Source: Alphaproteobacteria bacterium
GTDB lineage: Bacteria; Pseudomonadota; Alphaproteobacteria; UBA828
Assembly: GCA_963667785.2 (NCBI GenBank)
Contig: CAXXMU010000006.1
Coordinates: forward strand, 416,001-480,000
Direction of reading: 5' to 3'
Length of the DNA stretch: 64,000 bases
Part shown: positions 29,112 through 39,270 of the stretch, piece after piece
How the letters are laid out: the number at the start of each line of letters is the position of its first letter
How positions within the stretch are numbered: position 1 is the first letter of the stretch
Translations under genes and position numbers: made by a program
The notes under the pieces: model-generated
What the model saw: the letters and a program-made list of their open reading frames with translations, nothing else
What the model was told of the DNA's origin: nothing
Databases searched by the model: none

Positions 29112-30914
29112 TTAACGGTCCTCGTCGTCCGCCTCCGCCCCGGCGGAGAGGCCGCCGGCGATCTTGCGCCGGACCTGCTCGGCGAGCTCGTCCTCCGGCT
29201 CGAGCGTGAGCACGCGCCGCCACTGGAAGCGAGCCTCGTTCAGCCGGCCGACCTGCCAGTACGCATCGCCCAGATGATCGTTGATGATCGGATCGCCCGC
29301 CTGCAGCTCGACCGCGCGTTCGAGCTGGACGACCGCCTCCTCGAAGTTGCCCAGCCTGTACGCCGCCCAGCCCAGGCTGTCGACGATATAGCCGTCGTCC
29401 GGCCTGAGCGCGACGGCCTTCTCGATCATGATCCTGGCTTCGTCGAGATTGTGCCGCTGCTCGACCCAGGAGTAGCCGAGATAGTTGAGAACCAGCGGCT
29501 GATCCGGCTCCAGCTCGAGCGCATGCAGGAAGTCGGCCTCGGCCTGGGACCACGCGCCTATGCGTTCGAACGCGATCCCGCGCACGTAGAAGAGCCGCCA
29601 GTGGCGGGGTTCGATCGACCCCAGCCGCTCGATCGCGGTGTCGTAGGCGGTGGCGGCCTCCTCGAAGCGATCGCTCATCCTGAACGCGTCGCCGAGCGCG
29701 GTAGCGGCATCGGAGCGCTCGGGCCGCTCGTCCATCATGGCGCCGAGCGCCGCGACCGCCTCGTCCGCCCGCTCGAGATCGACGAGTGCCGAGGCGGCGC
29801 GAAGCCGCGCCGCCCAGTCCAAGTCCGATCCGGCAGGGATGGAGCGGTAGGCAGCGACGGCGGCCTCGAGCCGGTTCGCCTCGTCCAGGATTTCGCCGAT
29901 CAGGAAGCGGGCCGTGTGCAGGTCGTCGCGCAGGAAGAGGGCGAGGCGGGCATAGATGAGACCGCCATCGCCGTTTTCCCGGTAGGGCAGGGCGGCGGCG
30001 GTGCCGAGCAGGGCTTCCGCGAGGCCCTCGCGAGCGTCGGAGACGAGCGGCGGCGACGACCCCGCTCCGGCCACGGCGAGGGCACGCTCGACCCAGACGC
30101 TTCCGGGATTCTGCGCGCGGTAGTCCTCGTAGACCGCCCGCGCCTCGTCCATCCGCCCGGTGCGCGCGAGCAGGCCGCCGAGCGCCGCCACCGGCCGGTG
30201 CGCACTCCCGCTGAGCGCGACGGCCTCGCGCAGGAGGGCCTCGGCCTCCTCCTGCCGCCCGGCCAGATCGTGCATCAGGCCCGCGTGAAACAGGTAGTAG
30301 GAGCGGTAGCCGTCGCGCTCTGCGAGCGGCGCGAGCGACGCCAACGCCGCCGCATCGGAGCCGGCGCCGGTGTGCAGCCACCCCTTGGCGAGCGGCACCA
30401 GGAGGCTGTAGATGCCGTCCTGCCTGATCTCGCCGACTAGGCGCAGCGCCGCGTCGAAATCGTCGTCCCTCGCGTCCTGCAACGCCAGCACGAAGGGAGC
30501 CAGGCGGGCGCTGCGGTCCATCCCGACCAGGCGCCGGGCGAGCCTGGCCGCGTCCTCGATCCGGCCGTCGGCGATCAGAAGCGTGACCGTGCGGCGCAGC
30601 AGGGAGGGGTTGTCCGGATCTTCGCCCAGGGTGCGCTGCATGTGCGCCGCCGCCGCCGCGTAGTCGCCGCGCGAAAGCGCAAAGCGCCCGACGAGATAGC
30701 TGCCCAGCGCCGAGCCCTCCGGCCGCTCGGCTGCGGGTGCGGGCTCCGGCGGCGTGGGGGGGAGGGGCGTGTCCGCCGCGGCCGGCCCGAAGGCGCCGAT
30801 CCCGCAGACGAGCACGGCGATCAGGACGAAACGTGACCGGGCAGGGAGTCCGGGCCGGCGCGGGCGGCCGATGCTGCACCCCAATGTCCGCTCTCGGGTG
30901 CTACATGTTGACAT
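29112..30914 (-). CDS. Exported tetratricopeptide-repeat protein; start uncertain
   Basis: [34 protein letters not shown]; conserved position between ETF-QO and ispE in alphaproteobacteria. Confidence 0.85.
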   Translation of the reverse strand: MSTCSTRERTLGCSIGRPRRPGLPARSRFVLIAVLVCGIGAFGPAAADTPLPPTPPEPAPAAERPEGSALGSYLVGRFALSRGDYAAAAAHMQRTLGEDPDNPSLLRRTVTLLIADGRIEDAARLARRLVGMDRSARLAPFVLALQDARDDDFDAALRLVGEIRQDGIYSLLVPLAKGWLHTGAGSDAAALASLAPLAERDGYRSYYLFHAGLMHDLAGRQEEAEALLREAVALSGSAHRPVAALGGLLARTGRMDEARAVYEDYRAQNPGSVWVERALAVAGAGSSPPLVSDAREGLAEALLGTAAALPYRENGDGGLIYARLALFLRDDLHTARFLIGEILDEANRLEAAVAAYRSIPAGSDLDWAARLRAASALVDLERADEAVAALGAMMDERPERSDAATALGDAFRMSDRFEEAATAYDTAIERLGSIEPRHWRLFYVRGIAFERIGAWSQAEADFLHALELEPDQPLVLNYLGYSWVEQRHNLDEARIMIEKAVALRPDDGYIVDSLGWAAYRLGNFEEAVVQLERAVELQAGDPIINDHLGDAYWQVGRLNEARFQWRRVLTLEPEDELAEQVRRKIAGGLSAGAEADDEDR

Positions 30915-32538
30915 AGTTGGGGCCGCCGCCCCCTTCGGGCACCACCCATTCGATGTTCTGCGTGGGATCCTTGATGTCGCAGGTCTTGCAGTGGACGCAG
31001 TTCTGCGCGTTGATCTGCAGGCGCGCGCCGGCCTCGTCATCCACGATCTCGTAGACGCCGGCCGGACAGTAGCGCTGCTCCGGCGCGTCGTAGAGCGCGA
31101 GGTTCACCCGTATCGGCACGCCGTCGTCCTTGAGCTGCAGGTGAGCGGGCTGGTCCTCCTCGTGGTTGGTGTTCGAGAGGTAGACCGAGCTCGGCTTGTC
31201 GAAGGAGACGACGCCGTCCGGCTTGGGGTAGGCGATCCGGCGCGCCTTGGCCGCCTTCTTCAGACTCTCGTGGTCGTGCCTGTGGCGAAGCGTCCAGGGC
31301 AGCACCCCGCCCGACCAGAGCTCGATGAAGCTGATCGCGGTGCCGATGCAGACGCCCCAGCGGAACGCCGGCCGGCAGTTCCTGACCTGCCTGAGCTCCT
31401 TGATCACCCAGGAACGCTTCAGCGCCGCCGGGTAGGCGTCGAGCGGCGCGGTGCCGTCGTCGGCCTCGCCGAGCGCGGCGAACGCCGACTCCGCCGCCAG
31501 CGCGCCGCTCTTCATCGCGTTGTGGCTGCCCTTGATCTTGGGCACGTTGAGGAAGCCGGCGGCGCAGCCCACCAGCGCCCCGCCGGGAAAGACGGTCTCG
31601 GGAATGGACTGGTAGCCGCCCTCGTTGATCGCCCGCGCACCGTAGCCCAGCCGCGTGCCTCCCTCCAGCACCGGGCGGATCAGCGGATGGGTCTTGAAGC
31701 GCTGGAACTCGTCGAAGGGCGAGAGATGCGGGTTCTCGTAGTCGAGCGCGACCACGAAGCCGATGGAGACCAGGTTCTCGCCGAAGTGGTAGAGGAAGGA
31801 GCCGCCATAGGTGCGAATGTCCAGCGGCCAGCCGAAGCTGTGCTGGATCAGGCCGGGCCGGTGCTTGCCGGGCTCGATCTCCCAGACTTCCTTCAGCCCG
31901 ATGCCGTAGGTCTGCGGCCCTGAGCGCGCGCGCAGGTCGAAGCGCTCCGTGAGCTGCTTGGTCAGCGAGCCGCGCGCCCCTTCGGCAAAGAGCGTGTACT
32001 TCGCGTGCAGCTCAACGCCCGGCTCGTAGCTCGCCTTGTGGCTGCCGTCCCTGGCGATGCCCATGTCGCCGGTGGCGACGCCCTTGACCCGGCCGTCCTC
32101 GTGGTAGAGCACCTCGGCGGCGGCGAAGCCGGGGTAGACCTCGACGCCGAGCTCCTCGGCCTGCTGGCCCAGCCAGCGGCAGAGATTGCCGAGGCTGACG
32201 ATGTAGTTGCCGTGGTTGCGCATGGCCGGCGGCAGCAGCGCGCCGGGCATCCTGATGCCGCCCTTGCGGGTGAGGTAGCGGAACTCGTCCGTGCGCGCCG
32301 GCGTGTCGAGCGGCGCGCCCTTCTCCTTCCAGTCGGGGATCAGCTCGTCCAGCGCGCGCGGCTCGAAGACGGCGCCGGAGAGGATGTGGGCGCCCACCTC
32401 CGAGCCCTTCTCGAGCACGGTGACGGTGATCTCGCGGCCGGTCTCCTGAGCAAGCTGACGCAGGCGTATCGCGGCGGCGAGCCCGGCGGGGCCCGCACCG
32501 ACGATCACCACGTCGAATTCCATCGATTCCCGGCTCAT
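30901..32538 (-). CDS. Electron transfer flavoprotein-ubiquinone oxidoreductase
   Basis: [57 protein letters not shown]. Confidence 0.97.
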   Translation of the reverse strand: MSRESMEFDVVIVGAGPAGLAAAIRLRQLAQETGREITVTVLEKGSEVGAHILSGAVFEPRALDELIPDWKEKGAPLDTPARTDEFRYLTRKGGIRMPGALLPPAMRNHGNYIVSLGNLCRWLGQQAEELGVEVYPGFAAAEVLYHEDGRVKGVATGDMGIARDGSHKASYEPGVELHAKYTLFAEGARGSLTKQLTERFDLRARSGPQTYGIGLKEVWEIEPGKHRPGLIQHSFGWPLDIRTYGGSFLYHFGENLVSIGFVVALDYENPHLSPFDEFQRFKTHPLIRPVLEGGTRLGYGARAINEGGYQSIPETVFPGGALVGCAAGFLNVPKIKGSHNAMKSGALAAESAFAALGEADDGTAPLDAYPAALKRSWVIKELRQVRNCRPAFRWGVCIGTAISFIELWSGGVLPWTLRHRHDHESLKKAAKARRIAYPKPDGVVSFDKPSSVYLSNTNHEEDQPAHLQLKDDGVPIRVNLALYDAPEQRYCPAGVYEIVDDEAGARLQINAQNCVHCKTCDIKDPTQNIEWVVPEGGGGPNYVNM

Positions 32539-32666
32539 GCGCCTTGTCGATTGTCGCCGAAAAAGGCGTGCGCGCAAGCACGCTCCCGTGACGCCGCCCG
32601 ATTGTCACGCCGGGGAGCGTCTGATACCAAGCCGGCCCCGCCGAGCCAGGAGTTGGGACACGTCCG

Positions 32667-33659
32667 ATGAAGTTGCTCGCCATATTCGCCATCGCGGTCG
32701 CCTTCTCGGTCGGGAGCGCGAGAGCCGAAGGCGTGGGCTTCCGCGACATCCTCGTCGAGGCCGACGGCGAGAGGCTTCGCACCGCGCTCTGGTATCCGAT
32801 CGAGGCGGCGAGCGGACGGACGACCGTCGGGCCGTTCACCATGAACGCGACCCGGGATGCATCGCCGGGAACCGGGCCATACGGCCTCGTCCTGATCTCG
32901 CACGGGACCGGCGGCGGTCGCCTGAACCACCGTGAGACGGCGATCCGTCTCGCCGAGGGCGGCTACATCGTGGCGGCACCGGAACATGCCGGCGACAGCT
33001 GGCGCGACGGCACGTACAGCGGCACGGCGGAGAATTGGCGCCGGCGCCCGCGCCAGCTCAGCGCAGTTCTAGACTGGGTCCTGGGCAATGCCGAGCTCGG
33101 CCCCCGCATCGACCCGGCGCGGATCGGGGCCATCGGGCACTCGGCCGGGGGCTACAGCGTGCTCGCCCTGATCGGCGGACGGGCCGACCTGACGTCCCTC
33201 GTGCATCACTGCACCCGTCACCGCGACGAGGACCCACAGTTCTGCGCCTACGGCCGTCCCGGAGGGCAAGACGACACCGCAATGCCGAGCGTAATGCCGA
33301 GCCTCTCGGACCCGCGGGTGGGTGCCGTCGCGGCCGTTGCACCCGTCGGCGCGCTCTTCGGCGAAGACGCCTTCGCGGGCGTCACGGTACCGGTGCACAT
33401 CCATCGCCTCGCCGAAGACCGGGTCCTGCGCGAGCCGTGGCACGCGGAGAACATCGCGGCGCTGCTGGGAGATCGCGCGCGCCTGATAGTCCACCCGGAA
33501 GCCCACCATTTCGCGTTCATCACGCCGTTCCCGGACGCGATGGTCGATGGCGTGGGCGCGCCGGCGCGCGATCCGGCGGGCTTCGACCGGCGCGCCTTCC
33601 TCGCCGAGATCGACGGCCAGATTCTGGATTTTCTGGACGGTACCCTGCCTGCGCCGTGA
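32667..33659 (+). CDS. Exported alpha/beta hydrolase (dienelactone hydrolase/PAF-AH-like)
   Basis: Signal peptide; SHGTGG, GHSAGG nucleophile elbow, AHHFAF. Confidence 0.8.
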   Translation: MKLLAIFAIAVAFSVGSARAEGVGFRDILVEADGERLRTALWYPIEAASGRTTVGPFTMNATRDASPGTGPYGLVLISHGTGGGRLNHRETAIRLAEGGYIVAAPEHAGDSWRDGTYSGTAENWRRRPRQLSAVLDWVLGNAELGPRIDPARIGAIGHSAGGYSVLALIGGRADLTSLVHHCTRHRDEDPQFCAYGRPGGQDDTAMPSVMPSLSDPRVGAVAAVAPVGALFGEDAFAGVTVPVHIHRLAEDRVLREPWHAENIAALLGDRARLIVHPEAHHFAFITPFPDAMVDGVGAPARDPAGFDRRAFLAEIDGQILDFLDGTLPAP

Positions 33660-33680
33660 GCAGGGACGCGCGGCCGCTCC

Positions 33681-33908
33681 CTAGAGCATTATCCGACCAT
33701 ACGAGGTCACCACGGCTTGACCCCCACCTCCCCCTGTCCCCCTCCCCCAAAGGCGGAGGGGGAACGTGACGGCACCGCCTTCTCTCCCTCTCCGCCCCTG
33801 GGGGCGGAGAGGGCCGGGGTGAGGTGGGGGAAGCTCGGGCAACACCGCACGAAGATTGGGCACCCGCAGCAACGCGCTGCGATCGTGTCTGAACGAAAAG
33901 TGCTCTAG
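33681..33908 (+). mobile_element. 228 bp MITE-like repeat, copy 1
   Basis: Ends CTAGAGCA...TGCTCTAG (terminal inverted repeat); near-identical copies at 42067 and 61717 with unrelated flanks; no transposase. Confidence 0.85.
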
Positions 33909-35600
33909 TCAGGCGGTATAGCCGTAGTCGCGGCTGGCGGCGGCGGGTGTGACGTAGCCCTCCGCCAGGTCTTCTTCCACCGCGTCGCGGGCGCGCTCGT
34001 GCGGCTCGCCGTAGCCGCCGCCGCCCGGCACGATGAGCCGCACGCGATCGCCGGGCCGGAGGCGGATGTTGGCGTACTTCGACGACGACGCCTTGCCGTG
34101 GGTCTCGGTCACCGGGCGCCACTCGTCCGCGCCCTCCGGCCGCACCAGCGTCGCGCCGACCGCGCCCTCCTTGCCGCCGAAGAGGCCCCAGGTCTTGATC
34201 CGGTGCCGGTCGGTGCACTGGCTCGCGGTGATCTCCGCCGAGAGCGTCCGCAGCGTCTTGCGATAGCCGAGCCCGCCGCGATGCCGGCCGGGGCCACCGG
34301 AATCGGGCGTCATCGCGAAGTCCTCGACCTGGAAGGGGAAGCGGGTCTCGAACACCTCGACCGGGTTGAAGCGGCAGTTGCCGTTGATGGCGATGACGCA
34401 GTCGTTGCCGTCGGCGAAGTCGCGCCCGCCCCAGCCGCCGGAGATCAGGTCGTAGCAGGCGAAGTACTCGTCGTAGTCCGGGTGATGGCCGCCGAAGACG
34501 AAGTTGCCGCCGGTGCCGCTTTCCGCCGCCATCGCCCGCTCCGGCGCGCCCTGGGCCAGCGCGCCGATGACGATCAGCGCGAGCCTCGGGTGGGTCTCGG
34601 TATTGCCCGCCACCTCGGGCGCCGGGTAGTCGACATTGGCGACCGTGCCGGGCCGCGCCACGATCTTGATCGGGCGGAAGCAGCCGGAGTTCTTCGGGAT
34701 CGACGGATCGGTCATGTGGAAGAGCGCGTTGTAGGTGGCCGACCAGGTGACGCCGAGGGTGGCGTTGATCGGCCCCTTCGCCTGGTCGTCGGTGCCCGAG
34801 AAGTCGGCGATCAGCTCGTCCCCCTGGACGAAGACGTCGACCCTGAGCTGATAGGGCTTGTCCTCGATTCCGTCGTTCTCGACGGTATCCTCGAAGTGGT
34901 AGCGGCCGTCGGGGAACTGCACGATCTCGGCGCGCATGCGCCGCTCCGAATAGTCCATCAGGTCGTTGCAGGTCTCGCGCCAGAGCGCGCGGCCGTACTT
35001 GGCGACCATCTCCTTCAGCCGCGCCTCGCCGAGGTCGAGCGCGCCGATCATGGCGCGCAGGTCGCCGTAGTTGTAGCGGGGCGTGCGCACGTTCGCGAGG
35101 ATCAGCTTCCACACCGAATCCACGTCCTGCCCGCGCTTCATGATCTTGACCGGCGGCACCCGCACGCCCTCGTGGAAGATCTCCGTCGCCTCGCCGGCGA
35201 AGCCGCCGGGCACCATGCCGCCGACCTCGGCGATGTGCCCGATGGCGACGACGAAGGCGAGCAGCTTGCCGTCGGCGTAGACCGGCTTGAACAGCGTGTG
35301 CTCCGGCACGTGCAGGCCGCCCCTGTAGGGGTCGTTGTGGATGATGACGTCGCCTTCCTCGATCTCGTCGATCGGGATCTCCTCGGCGCAGGTCTTGATG
35401 AGGAGCGGCATGCCGCCGATCTGCGCCGGGCAGAACTCGGCGACCGAGACCATCTCGCCGTCGGTGTCGGCGATGGCGCAGGTGAAGTCGAGGCCTTCGT
35501 TGAAGATCGTCGAATAGGACGTCTTCATCAGGGTGATGCCCATTTCCCGGCAGATCGACACCATCGACGAATCGATGATGTTCATCGTCACCATGTCCAT
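33909..35600 (-). CDS. Hydantoinase B / oxoprolinase family subunit (no adjacent A subunit)
   Basis: SYSTIFNEGLDF, NDPYRGGLHVPE, IFHEG, GGWGG, DSGGPGRHRGG, GGGGYGEP. Confidence 0.9.
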   Translation of the reverse strand: MDMVTMNIIDSSMVSICREMGITLMKTSYSTIFNEGLDFTCAIADTDGEMVSVAEFCPAQIGGMPLLIKTCAEEIPIDEIEEGDVIIHNDPYRGGLHVPEHTLFKPVYADGKLLAFVVAIGHIAEVGGMVPGGFAGEATEIFHEGVRVPPVKIMKRGQDVDSVWKLILANVRTPRYNYGDLRAMIGALDLGEARLKEMVAKYGRALWRETCNDLMDYSERRMRAEIVQFPDGRYHFEDTVENDGIEDKPYQLRVDVFVQGDELIADFSGTDDQAKGPINATLGVTWSATYNALFHMTDPSIPKNSGCFRPIKIVARPGTVANVDYPAPEVAGNTETHPRLALIVIGALAQGAPERAMAAESGTGGNFVFGGHHPDYDEYFACYDLISGGWGGRDFADGNDCVIAINGNCRFNPVEVFETRFPFQVEDFAMTPDSGGPGRHRGGLGYRKTLRTLSAEITASQCTDRHRIKTWGLFGGKEGAVGATLVRPEGADEWRPVTETHGKASSSKYANIRLRPGDRVRLIVPGGGGYGEPHERARDAVEEDLAEGYVTPAAASRDYGYTA

Positions 35601-35717
35601 GCTGCGCCCTCCCCGCGCTCGGCACCGCTCGGCCGCGCCCGGCGCCGACAATAGCCCGGATGTCGCGCCAGGGTCACGGCCTGCGTCGGCAGCCGACGTG
35701 CGCGCTATAGTCGCGCG

Positions 35718-36530
35718 ATGGCCCGCCTCGTCCTGATCGCCCTTCTGCTGATCGCCGTGCCGGGCGCGGGCGCCGCGGCCGGCGGCGCCATCCCCGCCGT
35801 CCCGTCGCCGGCCGGGCTCACGCTCACGAGCGAGGCGCGGGTGGCGGACGTGATCGACGGCGCCACTCTGCTGCTCGACAATGGCGACACGGTGCGGCTT
35901 GCCGGCATCCTGGTCCCGCACCCGGGACGGGGACGGGACGGGACGGGATCGGGGGAGGCGCGGCTCGCGGCAGAGGCGCACCAGGAGCTAGCCGGGCTGG
36001 TGCAGGGCCGCCTCGTGGGCCTCGCGTTCGACGACATCCGGCGGGATCGTCACGGCCGGCTGCGCGCCCACCTCGTGCGAGCGGACGACGGCGCCTGGAT
36101 TCAGGGAACCCTGCTCGAGGCCGGCCTCGCGCGGGTCATGAGCCTCGCCAACGAGCGGGCGGCGGTTGCCGAGATGCTGGCGAACGAGCGCAGCGCGCGC
36201 GCAGCGCGGCGCGGCCTCTGGGCCGAGCCCCGCTACCGGGTTCTGGCCGCAGCCGAGGCAGGCGAAGGACTCCGCAGCTTCGGCCTGGTGGAAGGGCGGG
36301 TGCGGCGCGCCGCGGTCGTGCGCGGCCGCGGCTACCTGAACTTCGGCGCGGACTGGCGCAGCGACTTCACGGTCTCGATCGCGCCCCGCGACCGCCGGCG
36401 CTTCGAGGCCGCGGGCATCGCGGTCGACGACTACGAGGGGCGCCTGGTGCGCGTGCGCGGCTGGATCGAGTCCTTCAACGGCCCCATGATCGAGGCCACC
36501 CATCCGGAGCAGATCGAGGTGCTCGAGTAG
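35718..36530 (+). CDS. Exported thermonuclease (SNase-like) family protein with C-terminal OB-like domain
   Basis: VIDGATL, VRLAGI, DRHGRLRAH, LLEAGLARV, ARAARRGLW, YLNFGADWRSDF. Confidence 0.85.
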   Translation: MARLVLIALLLIAVPGAGAAAGGAIPAVPSPAGLTLTSEARVADVIDGATLLLDNGDTVRLAGILVPHPGRGRDGTGSGEARLAAEAHQELAGLVQGRLVGLAFDDIRRDRHGRLRAHLVRADDGAWIQGTLLEAGLARVMSLANERAAVAEMLANERSARAARRGLWAEPRYRVLAAAEAGEGLRSFGLVEGRVRRAAVVRGRGYLNFGADWRSDFTVSIAPRDRRRFEAAGIAVDDYEGRLVRVRGWIESFNGPMIEATHPEQIEVLE

Positions 36531-36564
36531 CGCACCTCGGCCGGGGCGCCGCCTCCGCCGCGCC

Positions 36565-37668
36565 CTACTCCGCCGCCGCCTGCCAGCCGATCTCGGCGCG
36601 GAGCCGGGGCATCAGCTCGGTCGCGGTGAGCTCCATGTGGCGCCGCCAGAGGTCCTTATGGACCCAGTCGTGGTGCGAGACGATCAGGGTCTCGAACGGC
36701 CCGGTCTCGTCCCGGAAGGCGGCGATCTTCTTGGCCACCGTCTTGGGGCTGCCGGCGGTGACGATGGTGTCGATGCAGTACTCGGGCGTCACCTCCTCAT
36801 CCGGCATGTCGGGGTCGGACTTCAGCATGTGGACGAAGCCGCCGTGGCTGGTGACGCCGATGATGTACTCGAAGTACCAGCGGAAGGCGTTGTCCTCGCG
36901 CCTGAGATACTGGCGCGCCTCCTCGTCGGTCTCGGTGATCAGCAGCGTGCGGCCCGCCTTCCACATGGACGGGTCGGGCTGCTTCCCGAGCTTCTTGCAC
37001 TCGTCCAGATAGTCGCGCCAGTGGCCCTTGAGCACATCGTCGGGCACGAAGTTGGCGGAGATGCAGCTCCAGCCCCGCTGGGCTGCGAGCCGGATGCTGC
37101 CGGAGCCGCGGCTCATGGCCGGGATCATCACCGGCGGGTGGGGCTTCTGGTAGGGCTTGCCCATGCCGCCGACGCCGATGTCGGGCAGCACGTTGTCCTT
37201 GATCACGAAGTCCCAGTACTTGCCGTGGAACTCGTAGGGCGGGTCCGAGGCCCAGATGCCGTGGATCATGTCGATCGATTCGACCAGCATCTCCATGCGG
37301 TCGAGGTCGGTGATCTTGAACATCTCGAAGTCGGGCGGCGTGGCGCCGGGCCCGATCCCCATCAGGAAGCGGCCCTCGGAGATATGGTCGAACTGCGCCG
37401 CCTGGCCGGCGACGATCGCCGGGTGCTGATAGGGCAGGCAGAGGACACCGGAGCCGAACTTGATCCGCTCGGTCTGGGGCACCAGCGCCGCGAACAGCAT
37501 GAGCGGCGACTGGATCGGCTCGGAGGGAAGCGCGAAATGCTCGCCCAGCCAGACCTCGTCGAAGCCGACCGCGTCGGCGCACGTGATGATCTCGAAGTCT
37601 TCCTTGAGCAGCGTGTGATAGCCCCGACGGAAATCCTGGATCGGGTGCATGAACATGCCGAGCTTCAT
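36565..37668 (-). CDS. LLM-class flavin-dependent oxidoreductase
   Basis: MKLGMFMHP, GFDEVWLGEH, GRFLMGIGPG, KPYQKPHPP, AGSPKTV. Confidence 0.9.
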   Translation of the reverse strand: MKLGMFMHPIQDFRRGYHTLLKEDFEIITCADAVGFDEVWLGEHFALPSEPIQSPLMLFAALVPQTERIKFGSGVLCLPYQHPAIVAGQAAQFDHISEGRFLMGIGPGATPPDFEMFKITDLDRMEMLVESIDMIHGIWASDPPYEFHGKYWDFVIKDNVLPDIGVGGMGKPYQKPHPPVMIPAMSRGSGSIRLAAQRGWSCISANFVPDDVLKGHWRDYLDECKKLGKQPDPSMWKAGRTLLITETDEEARQYLRREDNAFRWYFEYIIGVTSHGGFVHMLKSDPDMPDEEVTPEYCIDTIVTAGSPKTVAKKIAAFRDETGPFETLIVSHHDWVHKDLWRRHMELTATELMPRLRAEIGWQAAAE

Positions 37669-37764
37669 CGTGCGCCTCCCGAGCGGCATTCGTTTCTTGT
37701 GGCCGCCATTATGGAGACCCCGCGCACCCGCGTCCAACCGGTGGCGGGCGATCGGGCGTCCCCT

Positions 37765-38151
37765 TCACCACAGCCGGTAAACGCCGTAGCGATCGAATGC
37801 CGCATCGACCGAGACGATCGCCATCTCGTGCCTCAAGGCCTGGGCAATGAGGATCCGGTCGAAGGGATCGCGGTGGTGATCGGGCAATCGGCCGGCACGC
37901 TCCGCATCGGCGACACTGATCGCCAGCGCTTCGAATCCCTCATCTTCGATGCAGCCGGCAACGTCCGTCGCGACGGCTTCAGCCTCTGGCAACCTGCCGA
38001 GACGGTACTTGGTGGCGATCTCCCACGCCGAGGCTGCGCTGACGACGATGTCGTTCGTCTCGTCAAAGATCACTCGACGCGCCGTCGCGGGAAGGCTGGG
38101 GCTGTCCTCGACCCACCACAGAAACGCATGGGTGTCCAACAGCACCCGCAT
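37765..38151 (-). CDS. vapC: PIN-domain toxin (VapC family)
   Basis: LLDTHAFLWW, VSAASAWEIATK, HRDPFDRILIAQA, VSVDAAF. Confidence 0.92.
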   Translation of the reverse strand: MRVLLDTHAFLWWVEDSPSLPATARRVIFDETNDIVVSAASAWEIATKYRLGRLPEAEAVATDVAGCIEDEGFEALAISVADAERAGRLPDHHRDPFDRILIAQALRHEMAIVSVDAAFDRYGVYRLW

Positions 38152-38154
38152 CGC

Positions 38155-38388
38155 CTATCCACCTTCCCAGAGCTTGAGCTCCTCTTCCGGCAGCGGGTCG
38201 AAAAAGTCGTCGGGAATGACCACCTTCCCCTTGAGGCGACCAGGACGGCGCTTCTTCAGGGGCTTGCAAGCGACGAGCCGCACCACAGGCTCGCCGCGGC
38301 GAGCGATCACCACCTCCTCGCCGGCCTCGACCCTCGCGAGCAGGCGGGAAAGCTGGGTCTTGGCTTCATGGACATTCACGATAGTCAT
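38155..38388 (-). CDS. Phd/YefM family antitoxin
   Basis: VNVHEAKTQLSRLLARVEAGEEVVIARRGEPVVRL...DDFFDPLP. Confidence 0.92.
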   Translation of the reverse strand: MTIVNVHEAKTQLSRLLARVEAGEEVVIARRGEPVVRLVACKPLKKRRPGRLKGKVVIPDDFFDPLPEEELKLWEGG

Positions 38389-38414
38389 GACGCACCCCAC
38401 CCAAACCACGATTC

Positions 38415-38450
38415 TGGCTAATATCTTAGCTAGATACGCGGCGATTTCAA
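38415..38450 (-). promoter_or_regulatory. Putative toxin-antitoxin promoter with autoregulatory operator
   Basis: Minus strand TTGAAA-N16-TAAGAT; inverted repeat GCTAA-tatc-TTAGC (38417-38430) over the -10. Confidence 0.55.
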
Positions 38451-38484
38451 GGACCGACCGTCTGCCTTCAGTGGGTGCCAGCGA

Positions 38485-39219
38485 TCAGCGGTCCGCCTCC
38501 ACGAGCCGGGGCAGGATCTCGCTCTCGGCGCGGGCCACGTCCTCCGGAAAGTCGATCTCGATCCAGGGCAGGCCGGTGACGTCCTCGAAGCCGAAGGGCG
38601 GCGTCGCAGCGCGGAGGACCGCGGCGACGGCATCCTCCATGGGGCGCTCCGTGCCGCCGTCATCGATCATCCGCCCGGCGGTGGCGACGAGCGCCGCCGC
38701 CATTCCCTCGCTGAGGCGGAAGAAGCCGACCGATTCGCCCAGCGCCTCGGTCGCCGGGTCGATGGTCTTGCCGAAATCGGCGGGCACGCCTCCCTTGAGG
38801 CCGAGCTTGACCGGCTCCTCGCCCGGCTCCCAGGCGCGATCCACCAGCAGGCAGTCGGCATGGCGCGTCTCGATCAGGGGCGCGAGCACGCGGCGGTCGT
38901 AGAGCACGTCGCCGTCCATCAGCAGCACCGGGCCGCCTGCCGTGAGCGCCTCGCGCACGCACCAGAGGGTGAGGATGCTGCCCTGCTCGTAATCGGGGTT
39001 GTAGACGGTCGAGACCTCGCTCCGGCCCAGCGTCGTGAGCGCCCTCTCGATCGCCAGCGCCTCGTGGCCGATGCCGATCACGAGCTCGGCCACGCCGAGG
39101 GCGTCGAGAATGGCGAGGTGGCGTTGCAGCAGGCTGCGCCCGCCGAAGCTGAGCAGCACCTTCGGCTCGGCTTGTCCCAGGCGCCGGCCGACGCCGGCGG
39201 CAAGCATGACGGCGCGCAT
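38485..39219 (-). CDS. NTP transferase, phosphocholine/sugar-phosphate cytidylyltransferase (LicC/IPCT-like)
   Basis: MLAAGVGRRL..PKVLL, NPDYEQGS, MDGDVLYD, WIEIDFPED. Confidence 0.85.
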   Translation of the reverse strand: MRAVMLAAGVGRRLGQAEPKVLLSFGGRSLLQRHLAILDALGVAELVIGIGHEALAIERALTTLGRSEVSTVYNPDYEQGSILTLWCVREALTAGGPVLLMDGDVLYDRRVLAPLIETRHADCLLVDRAWEPGEEPVKLGLKGGVPADFGKTIDPATEALGESVGFFRLSEGMAAALVATAGRMIDDGGTERPMEDAVAAVLRAATPPFGFEDVTGLPWIEIDFPEDVARAESEILPRLVEADR

Positions 39220-39270
39220 GGCGGAACGTTCGGCGTTGTCACGACCCCGATTCCGGCTATATGTCGGCGC

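Noticed and set aside
33681-33908. Small ORFs inside the repeat (63 aa on each strand), or the repeats as CRISPR or tRNA
   Set aside because: The ORFs are low-complexity and copy 3 is frameshifted by a 5 bp indel. The copies are dispersed, not a repeat-spacer array, and have no tRNA arm motifs or CCA.
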